From: Chrysomallon squamiferum
Lineage: Eukaryota; Animalia; Mollusca
Reading direction: 5' to 3'
NCBI GenBank assembly: GCA_012295275.1
Contig: CM022674.1
Span: forward strand, 10,602,001 to 10,666,000
DNA: 64,000 nucleotides
Within the stretch, counting starts at the first letter, position 1, and the number at the start of each line of letters is the position of its first letter. The notes under the pieces were generated by a model. The model had not been told where the DNA came from. It made no database searches and saw only the letters and a list, made by a program, of their open reading frames with translations. Below, in pieces: positions 1-15,400 of this stretch. Made by a program: the position numbers and the translations under genes.

Positions 1-26
1 GTTAATGAGTAGGCATATATACTAAC

Positions 27-582
27 CAATAATCCACATTAGTAATACAGTGACTACGGCGAAGGCCACTGGATTATAGTCATCACATGCCACCGTTTCC
101 AGAAAATAAGAAATTTTGAGTTTGGTTACCATGACGATTGATATAAACGACAGGTAAGAGCAGGTATAACTCAAAAATCTCATCAGCGGTGTTGATAAAA
201 TCTGACTCACCTTAAAAACAAATACAGATCATTTGTACCTGAACTGCAGCAACAACAACATCACCATGAAACGTAACAACAACAACAACAACAATAATAA
301 TAATGACAACGAAATTTATTTTGGTAATACTGCTATAACTGCAACTGCTGCTGCTACTGCTACTACTAGTACTAGTACTACTACGTCTGCTGCTACTACT
401 ACTGCTAATAATAATAACTGAAATACAATCTTTATCACATGAATAAGAGAAAAGATACGAAAGATGCACGAATAAACAGATTAATAAACAATACCAATTT
501 AGACAAACACTAACTTGACAGATAGAGAGTCAAACAGACAGACAGAGAGACAGCAAGACATACAGAAAGACAAACAGACAAT

Positions 583-669
<87 letters not shown>

Positions 670-811
670 GACAAGAGAAAAAATTAAGTTTTTCTACGTA
701 TATAAATGTGTGTGTATGTGTGTGTATATTTATATGTGTTCTGTGCATAATAATGTGTGTGTTTGTCTGTATTCAGTAAATGTGTGGTGTGTGTTTATAT
801 TGTGTATGTGT

Positions 812-876
<65 letters not shown>

Positions 877-1254
877 TGTGTGTGTGTGTGTCTGTGCCAC
901 TAACATATAAAGATACTCAAACAAATTATTCTTACTTTTCCCCAAGGCCAAATGAGGTATATGACAGACATGATGGGAACAAGAACAGTGCCAATAGGCA
1001 AGGCGAGCATCAAGTTGGTGAATTTATTCAGATATCGTAGAAAGGGGACACCACTGTACCAGAGTTCAGAGATCTGTGCCTGACACTGAGAATGAGCGAC
1101 AAACTAGAAACAAAAAAATATATATATATATATATATATATACTACTACTACTGCTGCTGCTACTACTATTACCACTACTACTATATACTACTACTAATA
1201 ATAATGATCATCATCGTCAACAACATCATCAATACAACATTACTAATGAAATAG

Positions 1255-1293
<39 letters not shown>

Positions 1294-3776
1294 ATATTAA
1301 GAATAAACATTAATAACATTAACAATTAAAAGAAACAATTAACTCACCTTCTTCTGTTCCATTTTGATGGCAGCTGAGAGAAGCGGAAGTACGTCATTAG
1401 AATTTTCTTCAGATTCACTTCCGTCATCATCCTCCCCTTGCTGTCTAACTGAGCCGGTGAGGATAGCCTTCACTTCGTCAGAGCTGTGGCACTGGTCCAT
1501 CAGCTCAGTGGTGAAATCCTGAACCTGCTTGTCTAATCCACTATAATCCGCCTGTAACAGTAAAGATTAGTACTAACCCGTTGATAAATGAAACGAACGA
1601 ATGAATGAATGAATGAATAAATAAATAAATAATTTTAGGACTATTTACATATTGGTTGAAATAAACGTTATATGAAGCAGTATGATACGATTTGTCAGGG
1701 ATAACATGGCTGAAACATTTTAGTTTCACACCTGTACCTGAATGTGTGCATGTGTTAAATGCATTAATTAATACATAATCATGAGCAATCTGCTTTTATA
1801 ACAGTTGCTAAATATTTATATTAATTCGGTACATTAAATATATTATCCACAAGTTTAAAGGAAGAATTTGCAGTAAGCCACTCCTATGTCTAAAATGTCT
1901 TCAGCTACGTACTTGAAATCCACTGAAATTACCTGAAATTCGGATTCAATTTCCGCCAATTTCCGGAACTTTACGCTATGCCTGAACGCGGTAAGGATTG
2001 GGTCCTCTTCCGTGAGGACCATGTATGCCGGACTGGCCATGGCTCTAAATGTGTCCAGTCTGTTAGTAGTGTACATCTGAAAATAACAAACAATGATGTC
2101 GGTTTGTATGAGATATTTCAATTGATAAAGATTCTTAAAACATTTTCCATTATGTAAAAGCGAGGCAATTTCTTTATTTATCTTGCATTCTTATTTTTTC
2201 ATGTTTTTATTTTTTTGTTTGTTATTATCTACATTAAGTTTGAACAGTATTGCTTGTTTATTAATTTATTATGTGATGACTATCTGGGATATTACAAAGA
2301 TTCCCTGCAGCTTAAGGTTTGTTATTTTCATAGAATATCCGCCCCTGATTCTTAGTCAACGGTGGTTTTTCTGTGACACAGTAAATACCCATTACCATAA
2401 CAATAAGGCCCTCGCAACTGATTTTATTGTTTTATATATGAAACAATCTGATATTTTATCAGCTGTTGTTCTTTCTATACAATCGCATAGTTATCGACGA
2501 GAAATTTATATATAATAATAATAATACATCTGTTTAACTATTGTCGTTATTAAATAGCGCAAAACATTCCGTCACGTATAGAAAATTATTCAGAACAGTG
2601 AACTTTAATTTATTTGTATTATTTACCTGCTGGGTGAATTTAAAGTTATAGGAAGCAACATGTTACGACTTGTCTGGGGTAACACAGTAAAATCCTTTTA
2701 CTGCCACACCTACACCTCTTGTGAGTGTTTGTATGTGTGTGTACGCCCATAGCATGTAATTGTCACAGAAGAAGACTGATTTTATTACTATAACAATACG
2801 CCAACAACAATATTTACTAGTACTAGCAGCAATGTTTTCTGAGATGGTGTTTGGTGATGTAGTGTTTGATGTTTGCATGTATTATCATATAATCATCATT
2901 AACATCATTATTATTTATATTATTTATGTTATTTTCTTACTTATTTTTATGTAGTCGTTTGTGTTCAGATAGATATGTAAGTAACATCAGAATGCTGAAT
3001 TCTTTTGCTTTTCATTCTGCCCACAGCAAAAATGTTTTAGTTTTTTTCCACGATTTAAAATGCTAAATTTCACCGAATTTAAATTATTTATTTATTTATT
3101 TGCTTTCTTACGTTATTATTTTATATTATTTATGTATTTATATGTTGTTGCTATTGCTACTACTACTACTTCTTATCGGAGACAGGCACTACTTCTTTAA
3201 ACAAAAACTAAAAAGGTTTACCTTAAAATCTCCTGTGCGCTGCGCGTTACACAGGCTGCAGTTACAGAAGTAATCATGGGGGGCGGATAGAGTTGCTCCT
3301 CGCAACATGAGCTGTTTGACGATTTGAAAATTGTTTCTCTTTGCTGCTATAATCAAAGCTTCTCTCAGTTTCCGCTGTATTTTTTCATCTTCACCTTGAT
3401 CCCCCTCATCTGAGACGGGACCATTGTACAAGCGATGCCCGATGATGGTTTCAAAGATGGCGTCGCGATCCATATCGCACGCGCAAAGCAACGCCTTATG
3501 GACAGTAACTTCTGAGGCTTTGTCCAGCAAGAAGACGACGACATTTTCGACGTTTGCAACTACTGCCAGTTCCAGAGCAGTCCTGCCTTGAGGATCCACG
3601 CAGTCGACACTAACGTCTCCTTCTTCGAGCAAGTTTTTCAAAGTTTCGATGTCTCCGATTTCTGCCGCATCTAGGAAATCTCTCTCCTTTTCTGTGAGTC
3701 CAGCATGCAGTCGGTCCTGATAAAGATTATAAATCTTGTCCTCTAAAGTAGTAGCTCGTAGTTGTACGATATTCAT
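27..3776 (-). CDS. TRPC: Transient receptor potential canonical (TRPC/TRP-gamma-like) cation channel, 5' part; gene continues beyond the left edge
   Basis: In-phase GT-AG exons 3776-3222, 2076-1933, 1551-1348, 1103-936 and 210-27. The translation has TRPC N-terminal ankyrin repeats (ERDFLDAAEIGD, VDPQGRTALELAV, ALIIAAKRNNFQIVKQLM), the TRP_2 motif PHDYFCNCSLC, RLDTFRAMASPAYM..EEDPILTAF and AIKMEQKKFVAHSQCQAQISELWYSG, followed by pre-S1/S1/S2-like hydrophobic segments. Family-level call only. Confidence 0.9.
584..662. repeat. (GA)n microsatellite in a TRPC intron
   Basis: Direct read of an uninterrupted GA run; a (TG)n tract follows at about 805-892. Confidence 0.95.
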
Positions 3777-4351
3777 TTTGAAAATGTACTTTTCTCAGCA
3801 AAACTTAATATATTAATTTTTGTATTGCGGTCACTGCTGATCTTTCTTTTAAAATTACCTTTTCCGAAAACTAATGAATATATTTTCGTCCTTTTAAAAC
3901 AACAAACTAACCTTGTCTGAAAGCTATAAATATATTTTTATCCTTTTAAACAACGAGTGAAAAATAATGAGCCCAAATTTTATAACATCAAAATCACTCG
4001 CTGATCTGCACACGAACGATTTCGAGCTAATTTATAAAACGTGTCACGTGCATTACTGATTTGTTATTTTAGCCATGGAAATTCCACTCAGCTGAGACCG
4101 TCCAGTTTGTTACGTACAATGATGGCAACAGATGGAACAGGTTATTTTAATACAAGATATTTAATATTTAATATTCATATTTAACTATTCTAGTTTCCCG
4201 CTTCGCTGAACACCACATTAGAAAAACAGTTTTAAACATAAACAATTTTATAAAGAAACTTAATACAATTAGACACACAAAAGAATAAATAATCAAATAA
4301 ATAAATAAATAAATAAAATAAAATAAAATAAAATAAATTTTAAAACATTTT

Positions 4352-4382
<31 letters not shown>

Positions 4383-5465
4383 TTTTGTGTTGTATTTTCT
4401 TTGTCTTTATTTATATTAATTTTCTGTCTTTCTCTTTCATACTTTCTTGTTCGCTCCCTCCTCTCTCTCATTACCATTGTCTACACTTCATTCTCTCTTT
4501 CTCACATTCACAGTTTATATAACAGAACTGGATCTGTATAGCTGGTATAGCGCTGTTCTGAGAAGGAGTTGGTCGAAGGGTCTGTTATACAAAGTGTTCC
4601 TGTCGGCTGTTTTCCATTCCAGTAAATAATCACAAACTTATACTTGATTTCCTGTCTTTTATAAGGAACATGTAACAGATCCATTTAAAGAATCCATGGT
4701 ATAAGGACGTTTTCCCTCGAATATATATATATATATATATACATACATACATATAAGCGCAATCAAGCATGGTAGGTGGGGAATAAAACCTCCACGTGGG
4801 GTCAAACCAGACCCCAAAATATCAGAGATCACTTGACACTTTACAAACTTCAGTTTCATCATTTTAATTCCCACCCCAAAGGAGAAGCTGGAACAGCGGA
4901 CAGCTTTTTATTTTAATTTTATTGTTTTGTTCATGATTTTATTAATATTCATTGTTCTGTTTATTTAGATAATAAAACTAAAAGTAGCTGCAGTTTCTGT
5001 CAGAGCAACCTGCCACCTGTTGACTGAAGTAGATTTACGTGAATAATTTCTCCTGTTTTTGACAACAAAATTGATTTGTTTATGGTTTTGAGCAGCGCAG
5101 AACGCCCACCTTAGCATGATGGTTCAATGGAAGAAGATACCGAATTTCTTCCTTATTATGGAATAATACACTAATGTTAAAACAGAGATATGTGGATAGA
5201 GGTATAGAAAGAGAAAGAAATAGAAGGTATTTATATATATGTACTAATTTAAATAATATCAACATTGGTTCGTTAATCACTTGGTAAAAACAATACAAAT
5301 AAATTAATTAAAATTCTCGCTAAGAAAATGATGGGGGTGGGGGGAATATCAAATATTTTAACTGAAGTCATAAACTAGAACGGAAATTGTAACCGGAAGC
5401 AAGGCCGATAAGATGACATGAGTACATAAAAATTAAAATGGCATCGCCTCAGTTAATGCAGTGAA

Positions 5466-5526
5466 TATAAAAGTACGATTGACCTTAGCTCTTCAGTATA
5501 AACGTCACAACGAAATCGTATAAAAG
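5466..5526 (+). promoter_or_regulatory. TATA-box cluster upstream of the secreted-protein gene
   Basis: TATAAAAG at 5466-5473 and 5519-5526 and TATAAA at about 5497, 60-120 bp upstream of ATG 5586; ETS-like CGGAAA/CCGGAAG at 5381-5399. Confidence 0.5.
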
Positions 5527-5585
5527 TGGCACTGATTAATATCATTTCATCAAAAGAATCTCTGAACTTCAAACTGACAGGAGAT

Positions 5586-6985
<1,400 letters not shown>

Positions 6986-7301
6986 GTTGTGGAAGTGTTT
7001 CAGTAATGTAGTTCAAACATAAAAAGATAATAAAATATAAACAATAAAATAATGAGAGAGAGGGATGGGTAATATTAATAAGACTAATAAATAAAGTTTG
7101 TATTTATTTATTTGCATCGAACTTCGAAACAGAAATAAACGAAGATTTGTAGCCAGAAACAGTTTAATATGCTATTTGACTTTGAACGCTTTTATAACCG
7201 TCTCGATGCAGGCGGATAGGAATTTATAGAATTTCGATATTAAGTTGAAATACGTAACAGGCCTTCCATACGTTTAATTAATTATCCATAAAACGTGCCT
7301 G

Positions 7302-7603
7302 ACTCAGCGTGTGCAGCTGCACATAAATAAACCTGTCTGAAGCTGTTGAAATTATTTTACTTCATCTTCGTCTGCTGTTGTTTTCTTGTCGTCTTGTTGA
7401 TAAAATAACTGGATTCATAAAAAGAGAATATGAATTAAATCATTTTATTTCAGTTACTCTTTGATAGTATAAAATATATTTTCAAAAAGAAACATCAAGA
7501 AAAATTTCATCTCATTCACTGGTTTATTTTCACATTAGCATTAAAAAGAATAATTACTGTTAAAGCACACACACACACCCATCCACATACACACGTACTC
7601 ATA

Positions 7604-7635
<32 letters not shown>

Positions 7636-8161
7636 AGTAAAACAAGTAATATATCGAAGTAAAATTGTTCCGTCCCAAAATACTATAAGTTTGGAAAATT
7701 ATTTTATTTTACTATGACAGAAAAAGAACAATAAAATTTAATGATGAAATTATCCATAAATATTCCTAGGCCTTTAAACATGAAATTAATAGAATAGTCA
7801 GTGAACATTAAATTTTTACGAAGCAATGAATCTAAAAAAAAATGTTTTACATATACAAAATTTCCAAATTTTAAACTTTCACAACTCTTCAATCTGTCGG
7901 TCTTGGTAAAAAAAAAAAAAAATGCCTTCTAATGTTAATAAGTTTTCTCTATGGCATAAAACAGAAAATATTATTTCGTTATTGTTGTTATTTTATACTA
8001 TCAAGAGTAACTGAAATAAAATGATTTAATTCATATTCTCTTTTTATGAATCCAGTTATTTTATCAACAAGACGACAAGAAAACAACAGCAGACGAAGAT
8101 GAAGTAAAATAATTTCAACACTTCAGACAGGTTTATTTATGTGCAGCTGCACACGCTGAGT
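7302..8161. repeat. Long inverted repeat: arms 7302-7476 and 7989-8161, spacer about 510 bp
   Basis: ACTCAGCGTGTGCAGCTGCACATAAATAAACC...GATAGTATAAAATA is the reverse complement of TATTTTATACTATC...GTGCAGCTGCACACGCTGAGT, with only two single-base indels seen by eye. Confidence 0.95.
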
Positions 8162-8205
8162 TGTTGTTGTTGTTGTTATTCTTCTTCTTCTTGTTCTTCT
8201 TGTTG

Positions 8206-8264
<59 letters not shown>

Positions 8265-8397
8265 TCATAAACAGTTGGCATCAAGAAAAAAAAAATTTTT
8301 TTTTTTTTGTTGGCAATCGTGTAAACAATAAATTTCATATGTGGATAAAAACTTCTGGGTTATTCAGTGTGTCTCGAGTCTGTTTTCTGTGGTGGGG

Positions 8398-8410
8398 ATC
8401 ACGTGACTTT
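8398..8410 (+). promoter_or_regulatory. E-box (USF/TFE-type CACGTGAC) in the probable LIG3 promoter
   Basis: ATCACGTGACTTT in a CpG-retaining segment (about 8370-8600). Possible non-coding exons follow (donor GTAATT at 8586; 9723-9839) before the acceptor at 10293. Confidence 0.45.
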
Positions 8411-9312
8411 CTCATACATCAAACAGCGTTGTTTCAACAATTTGACAACATATGCGCACTTTCGACAACAAACAAATCTTCACGCAATCGTAAGAAGGCG
8501 CAAACATAATTAACTGAAGAGTACTTCTTCTAGCAGCAGCGTTCATCTGTGTACTTGTGATCTCGTCACGAATTCGGTGTCATTTGTAATTATGTACAAC
8601 CTCGTTATGTCTGGTTTTAAATATTAATTGTTTAAATGAAGTATTGTTTTGCTTGGAATGTACACATACCTGTGAATTGTGTAATAAAAGAAATACAGAC
8701 AGACTGTTGAGTTTGTTCTGTGACAGGTCCTAACAAATATATTAAATTCTTTAGAACTTTCTTTTTTATTTGAATTAATACTTGTCTGTTTAAATCAACG
8801 TAATAATTATATGTTATTAAATGTGTGTGTGTTGTGTGTGTGTGTGTGTGTGTGATTACATATACATGGACACAAACTTTAATAAAATATCTATAGTTGG
8901 TATATGCAAAAGAAATTATCTAATAAAAGACAGTTTCAAAGATAATCTTGTTTTACGTTAAACAAAGACGAGTTTATCTATTTTCGTTACAAACACACAC
9001 AATATAATTAGCAGAGACATTTTTAAAATTTCTTATAAAATAAAAATAGATAATATTATCACAACTGATGCAGTGGCTTTAAACAAATAAAAAATAAAAA
9101 TTTAAAAGAAAAGATATGTACGAAATCTAAACGACTCGATCATTTCTCATTACAAAATACATTGCCTCTAACTGGTTTTACGTCTGGATAATCCTTTCTT
9201 GACTGTCTGTAGGAGGACTCACAATCTCCCAAAACTGTTCCAATTACGTTGCCATTCGGACACACACCTACCCATCCACACAGGAGCGCGCGCGCGCACA
9301 CTCACACACACA

Positions 9313-9346
<34 letters not shown>

Positions 9347-10351
9347 TATCTACACACGCACGCACGTACATATATAATTAGATACTTTATCAATGATGAA
9401 GTTGCGTTTTTATTTTTCTCGCTTATTTTTAAAATCGTATAATTCTATAAGTATTATTAAAACTATGCTTCACGAGATGATATAAATGCAAGTTATTTCC
9501 CTTGTCCAATCTTTCGTTTAAAAATGATATAAAAGATACTAGCATCCGGTTATATGGCTTCAAAACAAGTTTCTTTTGTTTATTTTTGTTTTGTTATTTT
9601 ATGATTCCGAAATATTGTCAGTTAATCAACTGAATTGATGTCATTTTTTGAATTCACCATACTGGCTTTTGAGATGTTTGTTTATTATTAGTTTATTATA
9701 TAATATTTTAATTCCTTACTAGGAGTTCTACGTAAAATTACATTATAATTCAGTTACCTCTATTCTGTATTCAGCTAGAGAAGCATTGCCGGTTATTGCG
9801 GGCTTTGGCATTGTCAGAACACGTTTTAATAATTATAAAGTAATATGTTGTGTTGGGTTTTTGATAATTCCAATACACTGGAGCAGAAATAACATAGCTA
9901 TTGTTACAGAACTAAATAAAAGCTAAGCAAAAAACACTGTAGGAAATAAATAATGTTAGAAAGGACAGTTGCAGGTCTGAGTGTATCATCATATCATGTA
10001 ACATGTTTTGTAAAACAAATAAAATTCGAGAGAAATACGTATATCACTGTATAATCGCTGTATCATATATAATATCAATTTTTAAGTTAGTTTTTTGTCA
10101 TTTGTTTCCAGAGGAAATATGATTTACATAATAATACAACTTACGTTATAATTAAAACTTAATTAAAAGGCAGTATTGAATATACCATTTTATTTATTTA
10201 TTTATTTATTTATTATTTTATTTTAATACACAGACAAACAAATTATGTAATACTTGCTGTTGCTGATTATTCCACTATTTTCTGTTTATTCAGGTTTCTG
10301 AAAAGTGTGTTTCATCAATAATCTGGTTGGCAGACAGTTATCTTCGTGTGG

Positions 10352-12399
10352 ATGCTAAAACCACAACTTCTATTTAATACAACACCTAAACTGTGGAGTT
10401 GTTTTCAGGGAGCATTTAAAGGCTATTTCATTATCAGACATCTGTCATTTATTGTAAACAATAGAGAGAAATTTGTAAATGTTCCTCATTATTCTGAGAA
10501 AAACTTGCAGATAGTATTTAAATCCAGGTTTAAGGAATATTTATATTTTTATCATAATTTACTTCATTCTAATTTCTGCACAATGGCTGATCACAAATTC
10601 ATCACTGGTTACGCCAAACTTGGAACTGCAGGATGTAAAAAGTGCAAACAGAAAATAGCTAAAGGTTCTCTTCGTATTGGCAAAGTTGTACCAAATCCAT
10701 TCTCAGAAGAGGGGGGAGATATGAAACAGTGGTATCACCCCCGTGTCTCTTTGAAACGTTTCTGCGTGCACGGGCAACGACTAAAAAGATTGAAGATGTT
10801 GATGATGTGGAAGGCTTTGATGATCTGGAACAAGAACATAAAGATGAAATTAGCAAATTAATTCAAGGTAGAAATTTTAATGAGAAACTTTTTAACATAT
10901 TTATGTCAATATTATATTGGCTAGTGAATTCCTGTTATTTGTAGTCTCATACAATAATTTTTGTTTTTAATGACATTTTCAGTAATAAATGTCTGTATGA
11001 TATGTATCTTGTTAATTTTAATTTTTTTCTATTATTTCTTTTTTTTTTGTTTAAACTTGTAACACAAAGTTGGATTGTTTTTTATTTATATAAATATAAA
11101 TACTGTCACAGTGACAAAAATATTTATTAAAACATTGGACTTTCTCTGTATAATTTAGCAATTAAATTATTTATTATTTCAAAATTATTTTAAGTGAAGT
11201 AAAATATATGAAAGCATTAACAAGGTTTTAAAATATGTTTTATCTAGATTACTTAGCAAAAGCTGGAACAAAATCACCTGCAAGGAAAAAAACACCGGTC
11301 CAAACAAAACTGACACCAGTCAAAAAACAGGAACCCACATCACCAAAACAAACTGATGGTAACTGGATTATCTTATCTCATTGACATATTTTTAAATAAA
11401 TAAATTATTTTATTGTAATGTCACTGAATGAATCTTCCAAGTATTATTTACCTATTTAATATCTGTTGTATATTCAATACAGAAGAAATTTTATGTTATA
11501 ATATCAATGTTCCTACTTGTGTTGAATTCATTATTGAATAAGTAAATATTTTTGTTGCATTATACAAACAACATTTATATTTCATGCCATGATAATAATT
11601 GTTGATGATCAATAATATATTCATTGTTTTTTTTGTTTTTTTTTGTCTGTCAGTAAATGTCTTTAATTACCTTTTTACCTATTTTTCAGATGCAGATGAC
11701 AAAAATGGACTGATTTCAAAAGCAATAGATCCTTCTGCAGAAAGAGATAATTCTTTTCGACAATTCCGTCGACTTTGTGCCAACATTGCTGAAGAAAGCA
11801 GCTACACAGAAAAGACTAAAATTGTCAGCGACTACATCAGAAATGGAAGTGATGGTGGTAAGACCATGTTCTACAATTTAGCTACCTTTGCTATACTTGT
11901 TTTAATAATTTTAGTTTGTATTTAATCCCATTTTCTACTTATTCTGTCCCCTTTCGGTTATACACCATTCCATCAACAGTCAAATCATAGATGGTGGTAT
12001 CCACTCTACTTTCATTGAAAAATATTAATATAAAATTTAATTAATAGTTAGTTGGCTGTGAAAGTGTAGATAGTGGTAATGGGTTTCTCCTATGATTTTC
12101 TGTATTCTGTGTGTGTTTTGGTGTATATATGTAAGTATCTGTGTGCATATTTGTGGTTAATGTTTGTGTTTGGTTAATGTATGTGTGTGTAATTGGTGCT
12201 TTGGAAAATGGAGTTCAGTTTTTTAACAATGAGCCTAATATATTACAGATATTAATGTCTGTTAATTTTATAATTTATTAGATGGCTTCAAAGGAGATCT
12301 GTATTTGATAATCAAGTTTCTGTTGCCGGGGGTGATGAAAACGGTTTACAATTTAAACAACAAACAGTTAGTCAAACTCTTCAGTCAGGTGAGGCACAA

Positions 12400-12478
<79 letters not shown>

Positions 12479-15400
12479 TGTGTATGTGTGTGTCTGTCTG
12501 TGTATGTGAGTGTCTGTATTGGTTTGTTTGTAAAGGTAACCTAAATATTTTATTTTTACTTATTTTCTTTTTCCAGATATTTGGTACAAATTTGAAAGAA
12601 ATGATAGAAGATTTGAATCAGGTATTTCAACTATTTTTATATTCTGTTTTGTAAACAATGTGAAATATATTAACAGTATAAATCACACACACACACTGGT
12701 GTATATAAAATGTTCACTATCTAATGACTAGTTATTTTTACTAAAAAATAATATGTCTGTCTCAGTATTTTTTATTACTTTACACTATATTTACATAATT
12801 TTGTATAACCAAAGACTTGTACTGTGTTTGCAGGGTGATGTGGCAGAAACTGTCAAGGTTTTCTTTGAGCAAAGCAGTAAAATGACACCAGAGAAAAAAA
12901 GCCTGCTGAGTATACAGGAGGTCAGTGACAGATCCTCTCAGCATTTGAGACCATACGTGATCTTGTTATATCACTTATTGTATTTTAACATCTTTTCAAA
13001 GTATTAACTTTTAAAAAACAATTTTTTTTTTTTTTTAAGTTATTAAAAACATATGATTTTAATATGTTTTTTGTTTGTGTGTTAGTTAATTAGATACAGG
13101 TTTTCAGAAAAGTAAAGTTAGAATCTTTATATTAAATAATTTTCAAGATGGAAGGAGTTTCTTTTATAAAATTTCTTTTGTCATTGTCAAAAAAAAAAAA
13201 AAAAAAATAATAATAATAATAATAAAAAAAAAAAAAAAAAAAAAAAAAAATACTGAAGGTGTTAAAAATGTTAATCATCATTTATGTTTTTCCAGGTAGA
13301 TGAGTTTCTCACAGACCTGGCCCAGGTAACGAGGGAAGACGACCAACAGAGAATTCTTAAAAGAATTGCTAAAAAGTAAGATACTTGGCAGTCACTTACT
13401 CTACTAATACAACTATAAAACCTAGGGGAAATGAGTAGCTTTACTTCACTAATAATTATTATGAATATTGTATAAATCACTGCCAGGAATAATACCCTTT
13501 GTTTTTTATCTGTGGATACTTCTAAAAATTTTGAAGTGCAAAAAGCTTCCAGCTCAAAGCAGGACAGATGTTCAGCCTTCAATTTAATATTTTAAGAGTA
13601 CTGAAGTGTGTTTAGAAATTTTAATAAAATTATATTTAATTTTTGTTTCAAATTATCCTTTTAATTATTAAAAATATAATTATTTATACTTAAAAATAGT
13701 GAATGTATTAATTCAGAATTTTAAATGATAACCAAAATTTAATTAATGCTGTCCTGTTACTATGTGTGTATTTGTTAATTAATTAAAACAAAGTATGTCT
13801 AGTTGTAACTGAAAACAGTTTTAATATTATAATAAAATTCTACAATATTTTTATGAAGAAAGCAGCAAGTTTTTTCATATATAAATTTAAAAAATTTATC
13901 AAAGATGTGACAGTTTTTTTTTATGTAGGGTGTTGGACATTTTGTTTTGTTTGTTACAGGTGTACTGGCAATGATTTGAAGATGATCGTACGTCTAATTA
14001 AACATGATCTGAGAATAAATGCTGGAGCCAAACATATGTAAGTTAATTAGTTATCAATATTTTAAACATTTTTTTAAAGTTTATTTCTTGTATGAACAAT
14101 AATCATAAGATAATTAAAGTAAAAAAATTCTGTCTAAACTCGAATACATCTTATGCAGTTTGAAAAGGCTCTGTTTGGAGGATTTTATTTTAAAATGAAG
14201 AGTTATTTCCCTTCAACAACTTGTAAAACATAATTTCAATTAAATATGTCTGAATTATATAAAAGACGAAATTATTATAAAAAGTTTGATATTTATTCAT
14301 ACTAATGAAGAAAAACAATATTTAGATGAATATAAATACAAATAATTGAATGTTTTTGTGTTTAAGACTTGATGGTTTGGACTCAAATGCCTATGAAGCG
14401 TTCCAAGCTTCCCGAGATCTGAAAGACGTGATAGATCGAGTAATCTCCAACACCAACGAGTCAAAACCAGGGATGACAAAAACACTCAGTATCAGAGCCA
14501 ATTTGATGACTCCAGTGTTGCCGATGTTGGTATGAATAATTTTTGTTTAATTGTGAGAATTTTGGCATTTCTTTTTCTTTTCTTTTGGTCATTGTTTATT
14601 TAATAATTTAGGATTGCATTTTCTGAAGAAAAAAAATCTTCTTTATATATATGTGTGTATGATGCACACATTATTCAGTAGTATTGCTTTCTAGATGGAT
14701 AGATTAGGAATGTGCTTGGTCATAATGTTGCAGATTTGTGACATTGTGACATTGTTTGGATCTTTTTCTTCTTTTTTTTGAACTTACTCAATTTGTAATT
14801 TGTTTTCTTCTTTAATTTTATAAATATGTGCATGTGTATTTTTTTAAATATTTTCAATTAATGTTTCTAAACATACAGGTTATGGCTATATACCTAGCTA
14901 ATTACATACTGATGTGATTAATTAATAATTATATGGTTTTGCTTAATTTATCAAGTCATTGTTGTATGTATTTTTATATTTATCTTTATTTTTTTCTTTG
15001 TTTTTGAGGCTGAAGCCTGCAAGTCAGTGGAGCAGGCAATGAAGAAATGTCCTAATGGGTTTTATGCTGAAATAAAATATGATGGTGAGAGAGTTCAGGT
15101 GCACAAGAAGGGAAATGAATTTCGTTACTTCAGTCGCAGCTTGAAACCTGTGATGCCTCATAAGGTATTTCATAGTCACATTACACATTTAATATAATCA
15201 TAATTTAATTTGACATATTAAATTTCAGTCTGTCTGTGATTCATTAAAGTGATCATAATCTGATAAACTTTAATGGGAGTGGCCTCCCTTTTCTAATAAA
15301 ATAGTTACTATACAATCTGCTTAATCTTAGAACCAAGTATCATTGTTAACTAAGTGATAATGTGTTTTGAAATAAAGAATTTGTTAACTGCTGACATATT

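Noticed and set aside
212-951. ORFs with poly-N/S/T, ER and HT/CV repeats (also at 12400, 27631, 32801-33129, 33583-35360, 35928, 49472, 57152)
   Set aside because: These are translations of microsatellites with no splice or homology support.
9286-9370. (CG)n(CA)n potential Z-DNA tract upstream of the LIG3 coding region
   Set aside because: Alternating purine-pyrimidine tracts are abundant throughout the window; nothing marks this one as functional.
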